Shown in pieces: positions 29,467 to 42,884 of a stretch of 64,000 nt of DNA. Every line of letters begins with the position of its first letter. Positions within the stretch are counted from its first letter, which is position 1. The stretch covers positions 1,080,005 to 1,144,004 of the forward strand of contig NMRA01000057.1 of the NCBI GenBank assembly GCA_002633005.1, read 5' to 3'. This DNA comes from Phoronis australis (Eukaryota; Animalia; Phoronida). The notes under the pieces are model-generated. The model had not been told where the DNA came from. It saw nothing but the letters and a program-made list of their open reading frames with translations, and made no database searches. Made by a program: the position numbers and the translations under genes.

Positions 29467-29627
29467 CAGGGGTGGATCCTGGATTTGTGTTAGGGGGGAC
29501 CAGGGCAGAGTATTAGCGGGATTTTGCCCTTCAGATATTCTTACCCCCAAACTGCCAAATGGAATCTGGGAGAATTTTAGGGGGGGGGGGGCATAGCCCC
29601 GTTAGCCCCCTTCTAAATCCGACACTG
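29467..29627 (+). mobile_element. MITE with 5-bp TSD (hAT5-like)
   Basis: CAGGGGTGGATCCTGG...CTAAATCCGACACTG, flanked by GTTTC on both sides. Homologous to 31834-31999 and 42885-43034. Confidence 0.85.
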
Positions 29628-29913
29628 GTTTCTTTCACGGATTCCACGCTTGAATTTATACGTTACGCACCAACACACTTCACTCTAAGCTGAGTCCGCG
29701 TACAAGTAAAAAATTATCGCATTCCACATAGCTTCAGTTGTCAACTCGCCTTGCACCAGTAATTTTTTGGCATTAGAATGTCGTTCGGATGCCCTTGACT
29801 ACTTCTCATGTACGATAATACTCCAAGCGTGGTGGTCCTACATGTACATGTATAACTAAATGATGAATATAAGTGCACAATACTGCGCCAAGATTTAAAA
29901 GCACTCGTTGTAA

Positions 29914-30486
29914 TAGACAGTGACCAACCGTACCGTCCCTAGCTGGCAGTAGACACGGAAGCTTTTCGCGAATTATGCCTCACACTGATTAAAACATCAA
30001 ATTAAAGTCACGTTGTTATACTGAGGACCTCTTGCGCACAGAGGGACACTCAAATTAGGAGGCCGTTGATGTCTTTAATTCCTTCCAACTCGAACAAATA
30101 CTCTCGTTATTAAACTTTTTCTTTGAGCTCTCCTTCGTTTTCAGTGAGGTAACTTGCCATGTTTACACTGCGCGCCCTCCTATTTTTACCGCGCCCGCCA
30201 GGAGCATGCGCACTGTTAAAAATCATAGCAACCGATCGCTGGATCTGAACAGGACTGCTCAAAGAAAAAGTTTGATAACGGGAGTATTTGTTCGAGTTGG
30301 AAGGAATTAAAGACACCGAAGGCTTCCTAAAGTATCCTTCTCGCAAAAAACTTATAACAACGTGACTTAGACGTTTTAATCAGTGTGAGGCATAATTCGC
30401 CGAGAAACTTTCGGCGTATGAAGCTCGCATGATAGGAGCTTTAGTCGCCGTCTCTACAACCAGCTAGAGACGATGCTCACCGTCTA
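29914..30486. mobile_element. 573-bp foldback DNA transposon with TAG termini (Academ-like)
   Basis: Ends are TAGACAGTGACCA / TGCTCACCGTCTA. Arms are inverted over about 200 bp, e.g. 30061-30128 vs 30257-30323. No clean TSD. Confidence 0.8.
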
Positions 30487-31514
30487 AATTCAGAATGGCA
30501 CGCTGTAGGCTAAGGACGTACGTTGCTTTCACACACAAATTTGTGTGTGTGTGTGTGGGACATCATTGCGCATGCATTAGCTTGCACGGTCGTCATTGCG
30601 GCAGTGGTGCGGGAATGAGCCGGGAACGTATTGTGATTGTTTTAGTTGATGCCTTAATCACAGAGCACGAACCTGTGAAATGCTGGCCGGAAGTATTCCT
30701 CAAATCCCAACCGTTCCAGAATGCAGAAGGTTGACCAAGACCCTACTTGTACCACTGACGTCACAGGGATGCTGGCGCCCCTATTGTGTAGGTCAGGAAA
30801 ATTCACGAGCCGAGTTCATGAACATTGGCCTGCCACTTACTATTAACAAGGAATGTAGTTCGCAAACTCCTTGCTATTAATGGATGTCAATTAAGCAGCA
30901 TCAGACGATCGAGTCGCAGATATTTGTAACAAATAATGCTTTTTATCCCACACGCGTTGAATCAGTAAAGGGAAATACGGCCATGTATATGTTTTCCGCA
31001 TTCACCTCCCGCACTACTTCAACGGCGAAAGTTTAAAAGGTAGGTCAATGTCTATATAGGTGGTTCGATCATCAAACTTTCGGAAAATAGTTTAAAGTAA
31101 TGCAATTGCAAAATTGTGAGTAACACTTAGCATGCAATCAGGTCTCAGTCGTAACATCCAGAACAGGGACTGTTAATTACCGGGTGTATGACAGTTGTGT
31201 CACAGTTTTCAATTGCTAATAATAGGTCGTCTGCAACTCAGGCGCGGATTTCTCGGTAACTGCAACGTGAAATATTGTTGTTACTTAACTATTTTCGGGA
31301 AATGTTACCAGTTACCGTTGCTTTCATCTTTGTTATCTCTTTTCAAGTAGAAATCGTTACATTTAAAACTGTTTCTTTACTAGAGTAAACTTGCAACCTA
31401 ACGCGCAAGTACAAAGATATAGGATGCGAACCAACGCGTGAATGGTCTGAGTGAAGTATTTGAAAAAATTGCCATAAAAATGAAGGAAACTTAGGAATTT
31501 GATGCGTATGGGAT

Positions 31515-31652
31515 AAACGTACCGAGAGTGGCGTAGATGAAGTAATATCCCACTCGACATTATTCCGCGTATCTAGACCGAAGGTCGAGGTGGAGGCCGT
31601 GGATTAATGTCTCGTGGGATATTACTTCATCTACGCCACTCTCGGTATGTTT
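31515..31652. repeat. Near-perfect hairpin with about 55-bp arms
   Basis: TACCGAGAGTGGCGTAGATGAAGTAATATCCCAC is perfectly inverted as GTGGGATATTACTTCATCTACGCCACTCTCGGTA. Confidence 0.9.
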
Positions 31653-31833
31653 TGTGTATATGTTGCGCCCTTCATCAATCCTGAAAAGTTCAGAATTAAG
31701 AACATATTTGTGATATGTTACTTATAGTGAATTCTGAGGTTGTAAGAATAATTTTGCTCAGTTTCTTAATTCTTGCGTCCGCATGTTGTTGGGGTAGGTT
31801 ACGAGTATGCAGCAGTTGTGTTTACGTTTCATC

Positions 31834-31999
31834 CAGGGGTGGATCTAGGATTTTGAGTTGGGAGAGCAGAGCACGAGCCGAGTATTAGCCAGAATTTTGC
31901 CCGTCAGACACTCGCACCCCCGAACTAGTGCCAAATGTAATCTAAGAGAATTCTAGGAGGGGGCATGGCCCCCTTGGCCCCCCTCTAAATCCGCCACAG
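31834..31999 (+). mobile_element. MITE with 5-bp TSD (hAT5-like)
   Basis: CAGGGGTGGATCTAGG...CTAAATCCGCCACAG, flanked by TCATC on both sides. Confidence 0.85.
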
Positions 32000-33619
32000 T
32001 CATCTTCCCGTTTGATTTACGACAGTCAAGGCGTCCGCCTTCTGTGAGTGTGCCTGAACATTCGGTTATTTCAACTTTTGCATTTTCTGTTTAAGTTTGA
32101 AAGTTAATCATAAATTAGCGTACGCCGACTGGAGCGTTTTTGGTTAACGAAATCGACTAACATACATGTATTTGCCAAAGATACGCCTACATATTCATAA
32201 ATTGTTCCACTGAACTCAGATAGACTGTCTGAGCATTGAAGAACAGCATATAGTCTGTGGCCTGGCACAGATGGTGTCATCACCCTGGGTCGAGTTACCA
32301 GTTGTGTAAACATACTGGGCACTATTGTCCTAATCGGATCTACTCTTGTGAAGTGAGGTCAGTCAGAGCCTGATTGCAATTATGACTAACTGCTAATATC
32401 CATTTCAATACATAATATCAATATCAGTCGGAACATAATTTCACAGAATGTTTCTAATGAATTACGAAACCACAGATGTACTCGGGCATATTTTTCTAAA
32501 CCCACAGCACTTTTTAGCACGCCATTCTTGCCTGATTTTCTTAGTAGACGAAAATATTTTGATTAATCGGTGCGAAAAAGTTTGTTTAGCACTTGATGTA
32601 GTAAATAGTGTTCTGCGATTCACTGGCATAGACAGAACTATTCACAAAAGTCGGTCGAAAACTCTGTAGTTTCATGGGGCCCCGGGCTTTAGCCAAATCT
32701 TCACAACACCTAACTAGTGTCTGATAATCATTAATATGAGAATTACAATTATCTACATATTATGTATCATTCTTCCGGACATTATGTTTCTATAAAAAAC
32801 AATCACTTAACGTTCTACATTACAAATCTGCTCTGCCAGGCTCCGTTGCAAGGCTTCCCACTTCCTGGTTCATGAACTCGGTTGGTGAAATTATCATGCT
32901 GTGACGTCAGCGGTACAAAAGGGTCTCGGTCACCATTCTGCAATCGGGATGCCCAGACGGTAGTTTTCCCCCAAGCGGAATGTCGTGTTAATCAATTAAT
33001 GAGAAGTTAGATTCATCCACTGGCACTTGCTAGTAGCACTGGAAAAGTGTTAATTTAAATCCACCTGGTTTTGATTGTTCGGAACTCTGTGCTCTGTCTT
33101 CGAGGGCAATGTTCTATCAAAAAGTCTGCTGTCTAACCTTTACGTGTAGTGATGTGTTGCGGACGTCTTCATCCGACAGAGAAGTCTTGTGATGAGAGGA
33201 CAAAAAACGCCACCATTCCGAAATGGTCGTCCATCCCATATCCAAATCATGCAGACATCAGTATGCTTATAAGCAAAGATTTTATAGTTACCTATGTAGT
33301 ATCTTTGTTATCGGTATGCTTTTCCCATATATATTCGTTAACACTAAGCTTCAAGCAAAGCCACAGATAACATAAAACAGCTGGTGAATAGTCCAACTCA
33401 AAAGTATTTTTGGCTGGAAGCAGGTGCGTAGACAACACGCGGGATTTCACGAATTACATAGTTTTGGTCCCATTAGTTTTCCATAAGATTAGATTGAATT
33501 GCTATCTTCATTGACACCCCCTCCCCCCCCCCTCCAGGCTAATTAATCTGCTAGGGCAATTCTGTCAAGGCGCGTTAATCATAAATAGCACTTGAAAATA
33601 CATTCAGTTCTGGTATTCA

Positions 33620-34680
33620 TCAAAACACAGTTTCTGGCGTCTGGTGTGGACTTACTGACTTTTTTCTCAACTCGTATTTTTTCTTCTTCGCAGCTTTTGA
33701 GTCAGGCCCATGTCTGCTTCCATGGCGACTCGCGAACATTTGCAACATAACCATGCTCACTAAAACAAACAACGCAAAAGCCAAGCTGAAGTACATAACA
33801 TAGTACGGACTTTTCTGAAACAAGTGACCGATCAGCCAGTCGAATCCAAATTTAAAAAGGACAGGGAATATCCCAATCCACGCAGAGAAGGATGCGGTAA
33901 TGGTGATGTAACGATTTGCCCAGGACAGACCTGAAGGCCAGTTAGGACCAGTAGTAAAACCGTAGACGCAAGCAAAGATCCAAAGATGGATCTGTGTGGG
34001 TAGCGCAAAGCTCAGGCAAGCGGTTGAGGCCACCACGAGCGTTAAACTGATAAACACTAGAATTTGAATTGGCACGCACAATGAGATGACCCCAACTAAA
34101 AGGCGACCAAGTGTGTAGAAGAGATTAAACAATGAATCCAAAAGCGCAGCATCTTGCTTGGAAAATTTCAACTCGCTTTCAATGGCGAAAGAGAAAAGAA
34201 AGTATCGCACCGGGCCCTCATTTCCGTTTAGACCAACGTAATAAGACGTCATGCCAACTAGCATTATGACACCGAACGGTATGTCACCATCAGCCCAATT
34301 TCCTGGAGAAAAGAAAGACATGCAGTTCTTCTGATTGGATATTAAGCTGTCGGTGCGTTCACTTGCGAGAGCGATTGTTTTTGGTGGACCAACTAGCTGT
34401 AAAACAACAAAAGTCAAAGCACAAAAACTCCCGTATCCTCCTAATATGGCGTATGGTATTTCTATCTGTGATTCGAACTCATTTTCGCTTTGTAACAGAT
34501 GAGTATAAGCTGTAGCATTTCCAGTGCCATTCGCAACAACGCCATCTGTTGCATCTGGGGACAGAAACGATCTCGCTACGAGAGGACAAATGAATGCTCC
34601 GATTCCAAAGCCAACATGCATAAAATGCATCGGTCCACTTGCGTGAGCTCCCCACAAATTTGCTATCATGTAATTACCAA
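33620..34680 (-). CDS. MFS transporter (MFSD4 / sodium-dependent glucose transporter-like), last exon
   Basis: Long open multi-TM frame with LWGAHASGPMHFMHVGFGIGAFICPLVARSFL and LGRLL motifs. Polypyrimidine + AG acceptor at 34681-34682. Phase joins the previous exon (A|TT = Ile). Confidence 0.9.
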
Positions 34681-34958
34681 CTGAAAGAAAAAATGGAGAA
34701 AAGTGACACCTTAGTTCACGTGCACAATTTCTAGCAACGAGCGCATTAAACTGAGACATTGTCATACATGTAGGGGTGTATAACAGCCATAAATGTCCAC
34801 AGGCACTGGTACCGCTTTAGTGCACATGTTGCGGAGTCAACATGAACATGCAATAAACAGTAGATCATTATTATACAATCTTCATACACGTGGATCATTG
34901 TTATACACTATCCATACATAAAACATTCGTTGATAGACTGACGTATGCACGTACTTAC

Positions 34959-35092
34959 TTGCGTTTTGAAGAGCAAATCCACAGAAAAAGAAAACGTTGG
35001 TTATCCCGTATTCAAAGAGAGATCGAGTCCACGGAAACAAGACACACGTGCCGGAAGTTAGCAGAAGAGATGCACTCATCACGATATCTTGC
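34959..35092 (-). CDS. MFS transporter internal exon
   Basis: Encodes QDIVMSASLLLTSGTCVLFPWTRSLFEYGITNVFFFCGFALQNA. AG acceptor, GTAAGT donor, and phases consistent on both sides. Confidence 0.85.
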
Positions 35093-36239
35093 CTTGAAAT
35101 AAATATACATGAATTTACCAGATCAAGAAATTACAAGCTGTAAATGCTCATTGCGGAACGTAGTCGTAAAGATTTGAGCATCTTTCAACTGTGCAAAATC
35201 GTTTACAGTTATTGGACACTGTTGGAACGGTGCCTTACAACTGTCACACAACAAGCATTCTAGATGTAGCTTAAGTTGAGTCCTAGAGCCTAGCATAGAC
35301 GCAATATCGTCCTACTAAACTATACGTTGGATGCACAACAGACGTCGTTTTAATAGGCTTATCGTGCTACTCGCGTACGGTTGCGCGATTCCAGGGTTGT
35401 TCTGCTAAATCTTTTTTTTTTCTCGCAACTCGTTATATATTTTGTACATGTATTTGAAGTTCCCCAGAATATAGATAAGGTATTGGACTAGACACTTGAA
35501 ATATTGTAAAAATGGCTATTTCTTTAATAAGGTTTGAGACAACCTTAAGGGCAATAGGCGTGCGATATGTTTCCCATTGTTGCTAACATATTTTTGACCA
35601 CATCATATGCCCTGTTGACTTCCTAAGGCGGTTGTGCGAGAATTTAGCCGTTCATAGGCCATTCATTTGATAAGTTCGCGGACAAGTTGATAATTTTTGT
35701 CTATGATTTAAGTCTAATATGACATACTTCTCAAAAAAACTTCATAAATGGACGGCCGCATGAATGCCGGGCGAACATTGAATTAACTACGTAAGGTTTT
35801 ATAGACTATTATGGGTCTATTACAAACCTTGCATGTACACCGTACATACATTGTATGATGACTCAACCGTATAACTGAGTACGCATCAAGTTGTCCTTGG
35901 TGGACTTATATGCCGTTCGTAAGAAGGACTTTCCAACGGATATTAGGGTGGCGTTTGTGTGAAAAGCAATCGTGAGGTGACCGTTTTGACTCCTTCCAGT
36001 GGTGTTAACACACGGCCGTGTTCTGTAAGCTGGGCACTCGCAAGAAAAGCTAGTGTGATTATTACTTCTTGCACGACGATATCTCACGAAGTCTTGCACG
36101 ACCTTGCGTATTAGCACTTATTGCGTCTACGCATTGCAGTCCGACACTTCTTATCGTTCAGGGACCGCGATATCTAATATTTGTACCGGAAATCAACCTG
36201 GAAATCATTAACATTTTCTATTCTACTTTCGTGCGAACA

Positions 36240-36480
36240 CAACAATTAACAATGTCCGCTCAAGTACATTACAGTTTATGCTGTTGAGGTTCTAGTCCAA
36301 GTTCGCGCTTGATGACCCTTAGCTTCGAATGATAAATGCGAATAAAAACTCGAAATTTCGAGTTCAGACTCGAACTTCCAGCATCAATGCTGAGGTCATC
36401 AAGTGCAAGCTAAGACTAGACACCCATCCACATTAACCATAATGTACTCGAGCACAGCATAACAGACATGTAATTTGTAA
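36240..36480. repeat. Imperfect foldback (MITE relic) in MFS intron
   Basis: CTAGTCCAAGTTCGCGCTTGATGACC vs GGTCATCAAGTGCAAGCTAAGACTAG, with outer arms CTCAAGTACATTA / TAATGTACTCGAG. Confidence 0.65.
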
Positions 36481-36533
36481 ATGATCCAATAAAACTATTA
36501 GTACAATTTTCATAAAGCACAAAGATCGCCTAC

Positions 36534-36688
36534 CATTTAGAAAATTTGTCGCAAATCATTGCAACTGCAAACCCCACTATGGAAATCAGAGGTCCGAACG
36601 ATCCCGCCTGAGTTATCGTCTCGTAGTTAGCCCCTATTCTAGGAAGCATATCTGGTATCGTTACGGATATAATCGTCGCAGCCAATCC
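36534..36688 (-). CDS. MFS transporter internal exon (5'-most exon recovered)
   Basis: Encodes GLAATIISVTIPDMLPRIGANYETITQAGSFGPLISIVGFAVAMICDKFSK. TTTCCAG acceptor, GT donor, and TG|G = Trp across the junction. The start exon was not identified. Confidence 0.85.
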
Positions 36689-37029
36689 CTGGAAATGTGT
36701 AACAGTGTTACAATTAAAGACAGGCGCTGTCTGCTACTAGAAAGCAAGGTTTTGATCTCACGAGTAATTTCTTATTATTTCTATGATTTGGCTGGATATG
36801 ACTAATGAATATGAATCAGTTCCACAGTCGATGTCCACGAAAGTAATCTCTGCTTAAAATTTCTCTGGTAAATCCAGGATCGTGGTAGAGTCCGCTTACA
36901 ATGGTTCCGAATGAAAACCACCGTCGACGATTTCACAACTACAGAGTGACAGAAGCTCAAGAAATAAATTCTTGCAGAATGTACTATCTCGATCACCCTG
37001 TTCATAACTCACTGAAACACATATTATGC

Positions 37030-38400
37030 AGATCGAGGGCGTAGTGCAGGGATCCAATGGAGACAGTAGGCAGTCATGTTTGGGGCCTTGACATTAAGTC
37101 ATGGCAGAGCTGACACGCTGCATTTTGACAATTAATTTTAGGGGGATTAGCTAAGTGGACGATGGAGTTCAAGCCTAGAGAAGTCAAGAGGTTTTGTAAT
37201 TCAGAAACGAGTCCTTTAAGAAACTGAGGAAACCATTTGAACCTTTGGGGAGAAAAAGTTCCGTTCATCCTTATGAAATGCTTGGGAAAGGCCTACGATG
37301 GAACCTTGAAGAACGACAGCGATGTTAGAATTATGCTGGTGTTACCAGCATGGTCTTTTGCCAAGATTACAGAGTCCATTTTTGATGTGCAAGGTTTAGT
37401 ACTCAGCGGCTGCGGCAATGGAGAGAACATTGAGCAAATTTTGACAGAAAAGTACAGCCGTTCTCGCAAGTTTCAGTATTTTGGGGCTGTACAATAACTT
37501 ATTATAAGTTGTTATACAAATTATACCAACTTTATCAACTCAAGAAGAATACACGGTGACCATTGTTCAAGTGGTGGTGACTCTGTGTGACACTGGCAGG
37601 GCAAGGCACACTTAGGTTGTAGAGATGAAATGCTGCCGAAGGCAGGGGTTGGAGGTACTCTTAGAACAACTGAGCCAAGAATGTGACATTCAAGAAAGAG
37701 GGAAGAGCTCGCATAATACAGGATATGAGGACTTTTGGAGAAGACCGCAGGTATGCGGAGGCAATCCGTATGGAGTAACACAGCTGCTGGACAAATTGGC
37801 CACATACGTTACAACCAGGAAGTTAGAATTGGTTGATGTCATGAGATTGAAAGCGACGCGGATGAGTTTTTTGTAGCGATTGTATGAAAACACCAACGCA
37901 GAATCTGATGGCCTGCGGTATACGTTCCCAGGTGCTGCAAGTTGTGGCAATGAACCTGTGCCCGGTTGCATGAAACAGTCCCAAATAGAAACTCAACTAA
38001 TTTCCCCAAATCTACTGCGTTTGTTGGGGCTTATTATTCTCAGATTCGTCGAGTCACGGTGGTTATTAAATCAAAGATATCACGGGAGACGATAACGGAA
38101 GAAGGGCACCAACGCAAAAAAACTGAAGTATGGTAACCTCAGAGAATAAGGTGTCAAAAGGTTGAATGCGTATGGTCTTCCTAATTGGGGTCGCCTGCAG
38201 AAAGTTTCCTGCATGGTCATTGGTTCAAATGGTACAGAAATTGGGGTTTATCGCGGCTGCGAAATAAATCTTGGCTAAGGCAGCTGACGAACCAGAGAAG
38301 GGTTCCAGGTGGGTGTGGTTGAGAAAATAGCAGCAGCAACAGCAGCAGAACCCGGCGCTAGGCAAAGACTGGTCAGATCTCTATCGGCACGCGCGTTAGA
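37030..38400 (+). mobile_element. Highly degenerate RLE-type non-LTR retrotransposon (HERO-like)
   Basis: Ordered decayed motifs GVVQG, WTMEFKPR/KSRGFVIQK, GEKVPFI..KCLGKAYDGTLK, GLLPRL, RQG(L)G, RMSFL, CASCG and AAE, with many stops and frameshifts. Boundaries approximate. Confidence 0.65.
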
Positions 38401-41400
38401 AGTAGTCCTGCTGGGAAGGATCGAAAACTCCTGAGGACGATAACAGCCAGCTTCTCGATAGCTGTAGGAGCGCATCAAGACATGGAGGTAAATTGGTAAA
38501 GTAAAGGGCCAAGACTTCAGCAAATGCCTGGCAGACACTGAGTGAGAATTGGCTCATTTGTAATGAAATCACGAAAATACAACGCATTTCATTGTTTTAT
38601 ACCTTTGGTCAAAGCTAGTAACTTCGAGAAGTCTGCAGCATCCAAGACTACTTACAAAATGTATTTCTACCGCAAAAACGATACTGTCCCTCTCACGGTG
38701 CGCCTTCTTGTTGGCAAAGTATGAACTATAGCTAAGTAAAGGTGACAACAGACCACTGAAGAGGGAGCTGTCGCTGGCTGGCTTGACCTTTTCGGTTAGA
38801 GAGTTGTGACACGTCTTCAGTCGAATGTGGGATACGGTTTTCCAGTAAAATGTAAAAATAAACCACAGAACGTACATCTGCAACCCCACCCAAGAGCTGG
38901 CGAGAAAAATGTATTTTCCGCAATTCCCTAGTCTCGAACACAGGCTCTTTCAGCAGGTACCTCACTAGAAAGGTAAATCTCGCGAGATTCCGCGACATAC
39001 TGCCATGTATTCTCAAACGAGATCACCTGGTGTTGGCTAGATTTATCAGCAAGACTCCGCCCGCACACTACCCTGATGTAGAGGCCATTTGGTCAGATTA
39101 TCTGCCATACTAATGCGCCATCTGGTGTGCCTATTCAAATATTCTCAATCCAGAGTACATGTATGTTGGTGATCATTGCACAATTTAAATTTAGGGATAA
39201 CTTTTGTGAGGGGCGAAACAGATGCACAGCAATCAAAATTGAGATTGTGATGAGCAGTACTGTGATGATCACAACCCGTGTTTATCACATGGATTATGCG
39301 GCACATTTTACAGTAGTAAAAGTTGTAAAACAGGTTTTTTATGTCCAGATTTAAATACACCAGGCTTCCCGATCATTGTCGAATCAATTAAAAACCCGAT
39401 GCCACAGATATACAATAGACGCAAATCCCAATACAGTCTTGGGTTCTAGACTAGCAATTCTCAAACTGCATTAACTGTTAAAAAGGTTGCTTGTTTGCAG
39501 AGTCAGCTTATCATAAACCTCTATTCTAGAATCAACGTTTGGAGACCCATGAAGATGTCAATGAATGTTTACCATATTGATCCATACATTGACAAGAGCG
39601 GCGGTTTTGCAAACGAGCAGACATTTCGATCCAAGGCCAACCGACGGGTCAAGTAATGGAAATCTTTTTGACGTATTCACTTGGCCATCTGTTGTATCTT
39701 CCTTCTATTGGAAAAAATAGATGTTATCAACAGTTGTGGCAAATTCAAACATGAAACCATAAACATTGTAAAAAATGGCGTTATGTGTTTGTATTTAAAG
39801 ACAGCGAGTTTTCAGAAACCACGGGTCCCAAACATGGCTGTGATATTTACATGGACGTCAAGGAAAATATTAAACTGATTTTTATACAAAAATTGGTCTT
39901 ACGCTCCTATTTCACAAATACTGAAAAATTTTAGCCGAGTAATTATTAGTGCACCACACTCTAGAAAAGAATATTGGAATTACGTCACTGGCTCACAATA
40001 ATTAATGTTTACATTCTTGGAGACTGCTCATTCACTCAAGAGAACTTTTTCGGAAATAGTTGTGATGGAGCGTAAGACCACTTTTAAGACTTAAGTTAAA
40101 CCTTAAGTCGTAACCGGTCCCTGAATCTTCCTATAAGTACAGACTATGTGAACTTAGACTGAAAGGATGCACAAAATATACAAGTGACACTAGGCACGAA
40201 CCGAGCTGAAAGAATGCAATGGACTTCGCCGCACTGATACATTCCAGTTGCTTGTAGGTTTAGGTAGAGAGCACTGGTTCGCCGGTATGATTCGAGCGGA
40301 CAATTTTGGCTTATGATTCATTCAAGGAACGTGGTTGAATGATTTGGTACCCTTGATATAGTAAGCGAAGCGAACCGAGACATATGTATTCGTCAACTTG
40401 ACAACCAATTAGATTTGCAGCCAAGAAGCAAATAATTATGTGGACATTAATTACGAAGTCGAGCACATTTCTGTCTGGGATCTCCCCACCCCACCTCACA
40501 CACCCAAATAAGTCAGTTATCGGTTATCAGCCACGTACTACGACGTTTGACATTCAGTGATTTCTGACCTAGCCAATAACTGAATGAATGTTAATAGAAA
40601 TGTTTAATTGTGTGTTATTATGGCGGCTACATGTACAAACTGCGTTCTGAGGACAAAACCAACTTTTGATTTGGAACTCTTTTATCGCTGTAGAATTGGT
40701 CTCAACATGTTTCTTATTTAGACAAAGAGTGATGTTTAGTTTCCATTCTTTCACACCAAGCTCGGTGAATAAGAGACAGCTTGACGACCTTGGACTAATA
40801 CGGTTTCCCAGAAATCTGTTGGCCAGGAACGATTTGGTAAGTCAGTATGGTTTTTGAGATGGAATGTATGTTCGTAGCCGTTCTATTCTTGATCACTTAT
40901 TTTGCCAGTAGGAATAAAGATTTCGCTAACCTGGGTCCAGGGTCTGTTCATATTAAATGACTCGAAATTCGATTCGAAGCCGGAATAAACATTCGCATAG
41001 CACGCTAACAGAACACAGATGTAAAATTGTACTCGAATAGTGCTGAGTATTATACATGTACGACTCGAGCTCGAATTTGGAGATTAAACCCTGACCCTTG
41101 GGAATATGTTACAGGATGCTCACCTTTTCAGTTTTTCCCGAGATGCCATGCTCATGTGTATCCGTCATAATGAATGGGGTAAACCATACAGCTACTCTTT
41201 GATTTTAGGATACAATACTCACGTAATACTTCGGTGGGTATAAAGAGGTTGCAAACTAAACTTATCTGGTGTTGAACGTTGAACCGATAACCTTGCTTTG
41301 CATATCAGAAAAGAGACGTGCAAATAAATTCTGGATTTATTGGTTTAACAATTCCAACATTGACTTGATGGCCAGTCGTTCCACTGAATTCTTAGTCTCT

Positions 41401-41875
41401 GTAAAACAAAATACAATGCCATCGAAGATTTCGTATGGTCCTAATCTCGTTCTGAAACTTAAACCTAAAAGAAATTAAGGAACCCCAGGACGTTTGTTTT
41501 TGTCCAGCTGAACATTTATCTTGTCTAACACTCCCAAGGTCTTGTTAAAATTAGAAAAATTTTACCGGAGAGCTTTCAACTGAGATAACCCCAATATCTG
41601 TCCCAACGTACGTGATTGTTGTTTCTCAAAAGGAATCCGGTGACGAATTGGTATAAAAACGTTTATGTTAGATCTGTTTGAAACGTGCGTTACATCTTTC
41701 TTATTAAGTACACTTTAGAATAAAAAATAATGACATCTTGTTCAAATGGTTCAATTAAAATTGAAAAATGAAAAAATCCTCAATGTTGCCCTGTATTCAT
41801 TGTTCAATGTAAATTGAATCTAGGAATCATGGAACATCCATCCGCCAACATTCCATTTCACGGGAGTAGACTGAG

Positions 41876-42034
41876 CAGGGCTCGACGCTATTAAAATCGC
41901 CAGGTCGCATTTTGCGACCTAGCCAAAATTCCAGGTCGCATTTTGCGACATGATACGAGCTGACAAAAATCTCAGCTCGCATTTGCAAATTTCAGGTCGC
42001 AAATGCAACCTGCAGCTTATTATGTCGAGCCCTG
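41876..42034. mobile_element. MITE with 5-bp TSD (hAT5-like, second family)
   Basis: Perfect 11-bp TIR CAGGGCTCGAC, TSD CTGAG on both sides, and internal repeats CAGGTCGCATTTTGCGAC. Confidence 0.9.
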
Positions 42035-42884
42035 CTGAGGCGTATTTGTCGGGCAGGAGCAGCACTGACAGCTCGAGTCACCAGATATGGGCAAAAGTTA
42101 TGAATAGTTTTGACAAACAATTACGAAAAAAGTTTGGGTAGCGCAGCATCCAATGACAAAACACGGGCAAGCAGTCGTAGAAATCGCATCGACAGCGAAA
42201 TATATAAAAGAGAGGTCAAAGTCATGACGAGAACTTATGTCAACGTTTGAAACTGGGAAATAAAAAAGTTTCACTAATGCCCAAAGACAAAGCATATTGC
42301 AGGGTACAACAGCCTCAATACATGTGGTCCAAACGTTTTAAGATTTTGACTGAGGCTGGTTTAAAATCCACGCAAACCAAAATCGCAAGGAGGAAAGTTT
42401 GGCAAAGTTTAAGACCTGCATTTGGCAAAAATACATACATGTAGAAATGATACCGGATAACAACTTGAATGAAATAACTTTTTCGCTATCACTGGAATGC
42501 AGAATACACAAGCTCGCGTTGAAGGGTGCCACATCCCATCCCACCCCACCAGCGGGATACCTCGATAGTTATGGATTGTAGTTGTTTATACGTCAACTGA
42601 TAAAATCTGGTGTAATCGAATTAAATACCCTTATCCATCAAACCCGTACCACGACTACTGCTCTCAGTTCAGCCTTAGGCGATTATTGTCATGTCATGCG
42701 CCGCACGGGGATGGTAGCGAATTAGATGTGATTTAAGTGGGCACCACTCTGTAATGGCAATGAAATCGAATAAATCTGAAGTTTAGTCAACACGCCATGG
42801 ATCTTATTTGTAATGCTCCCTATGGCTTACTCAAGTTCAGTCAATAGGTCACCCGGTCTACAATGCTGACTCAGTGTTTGTTTG

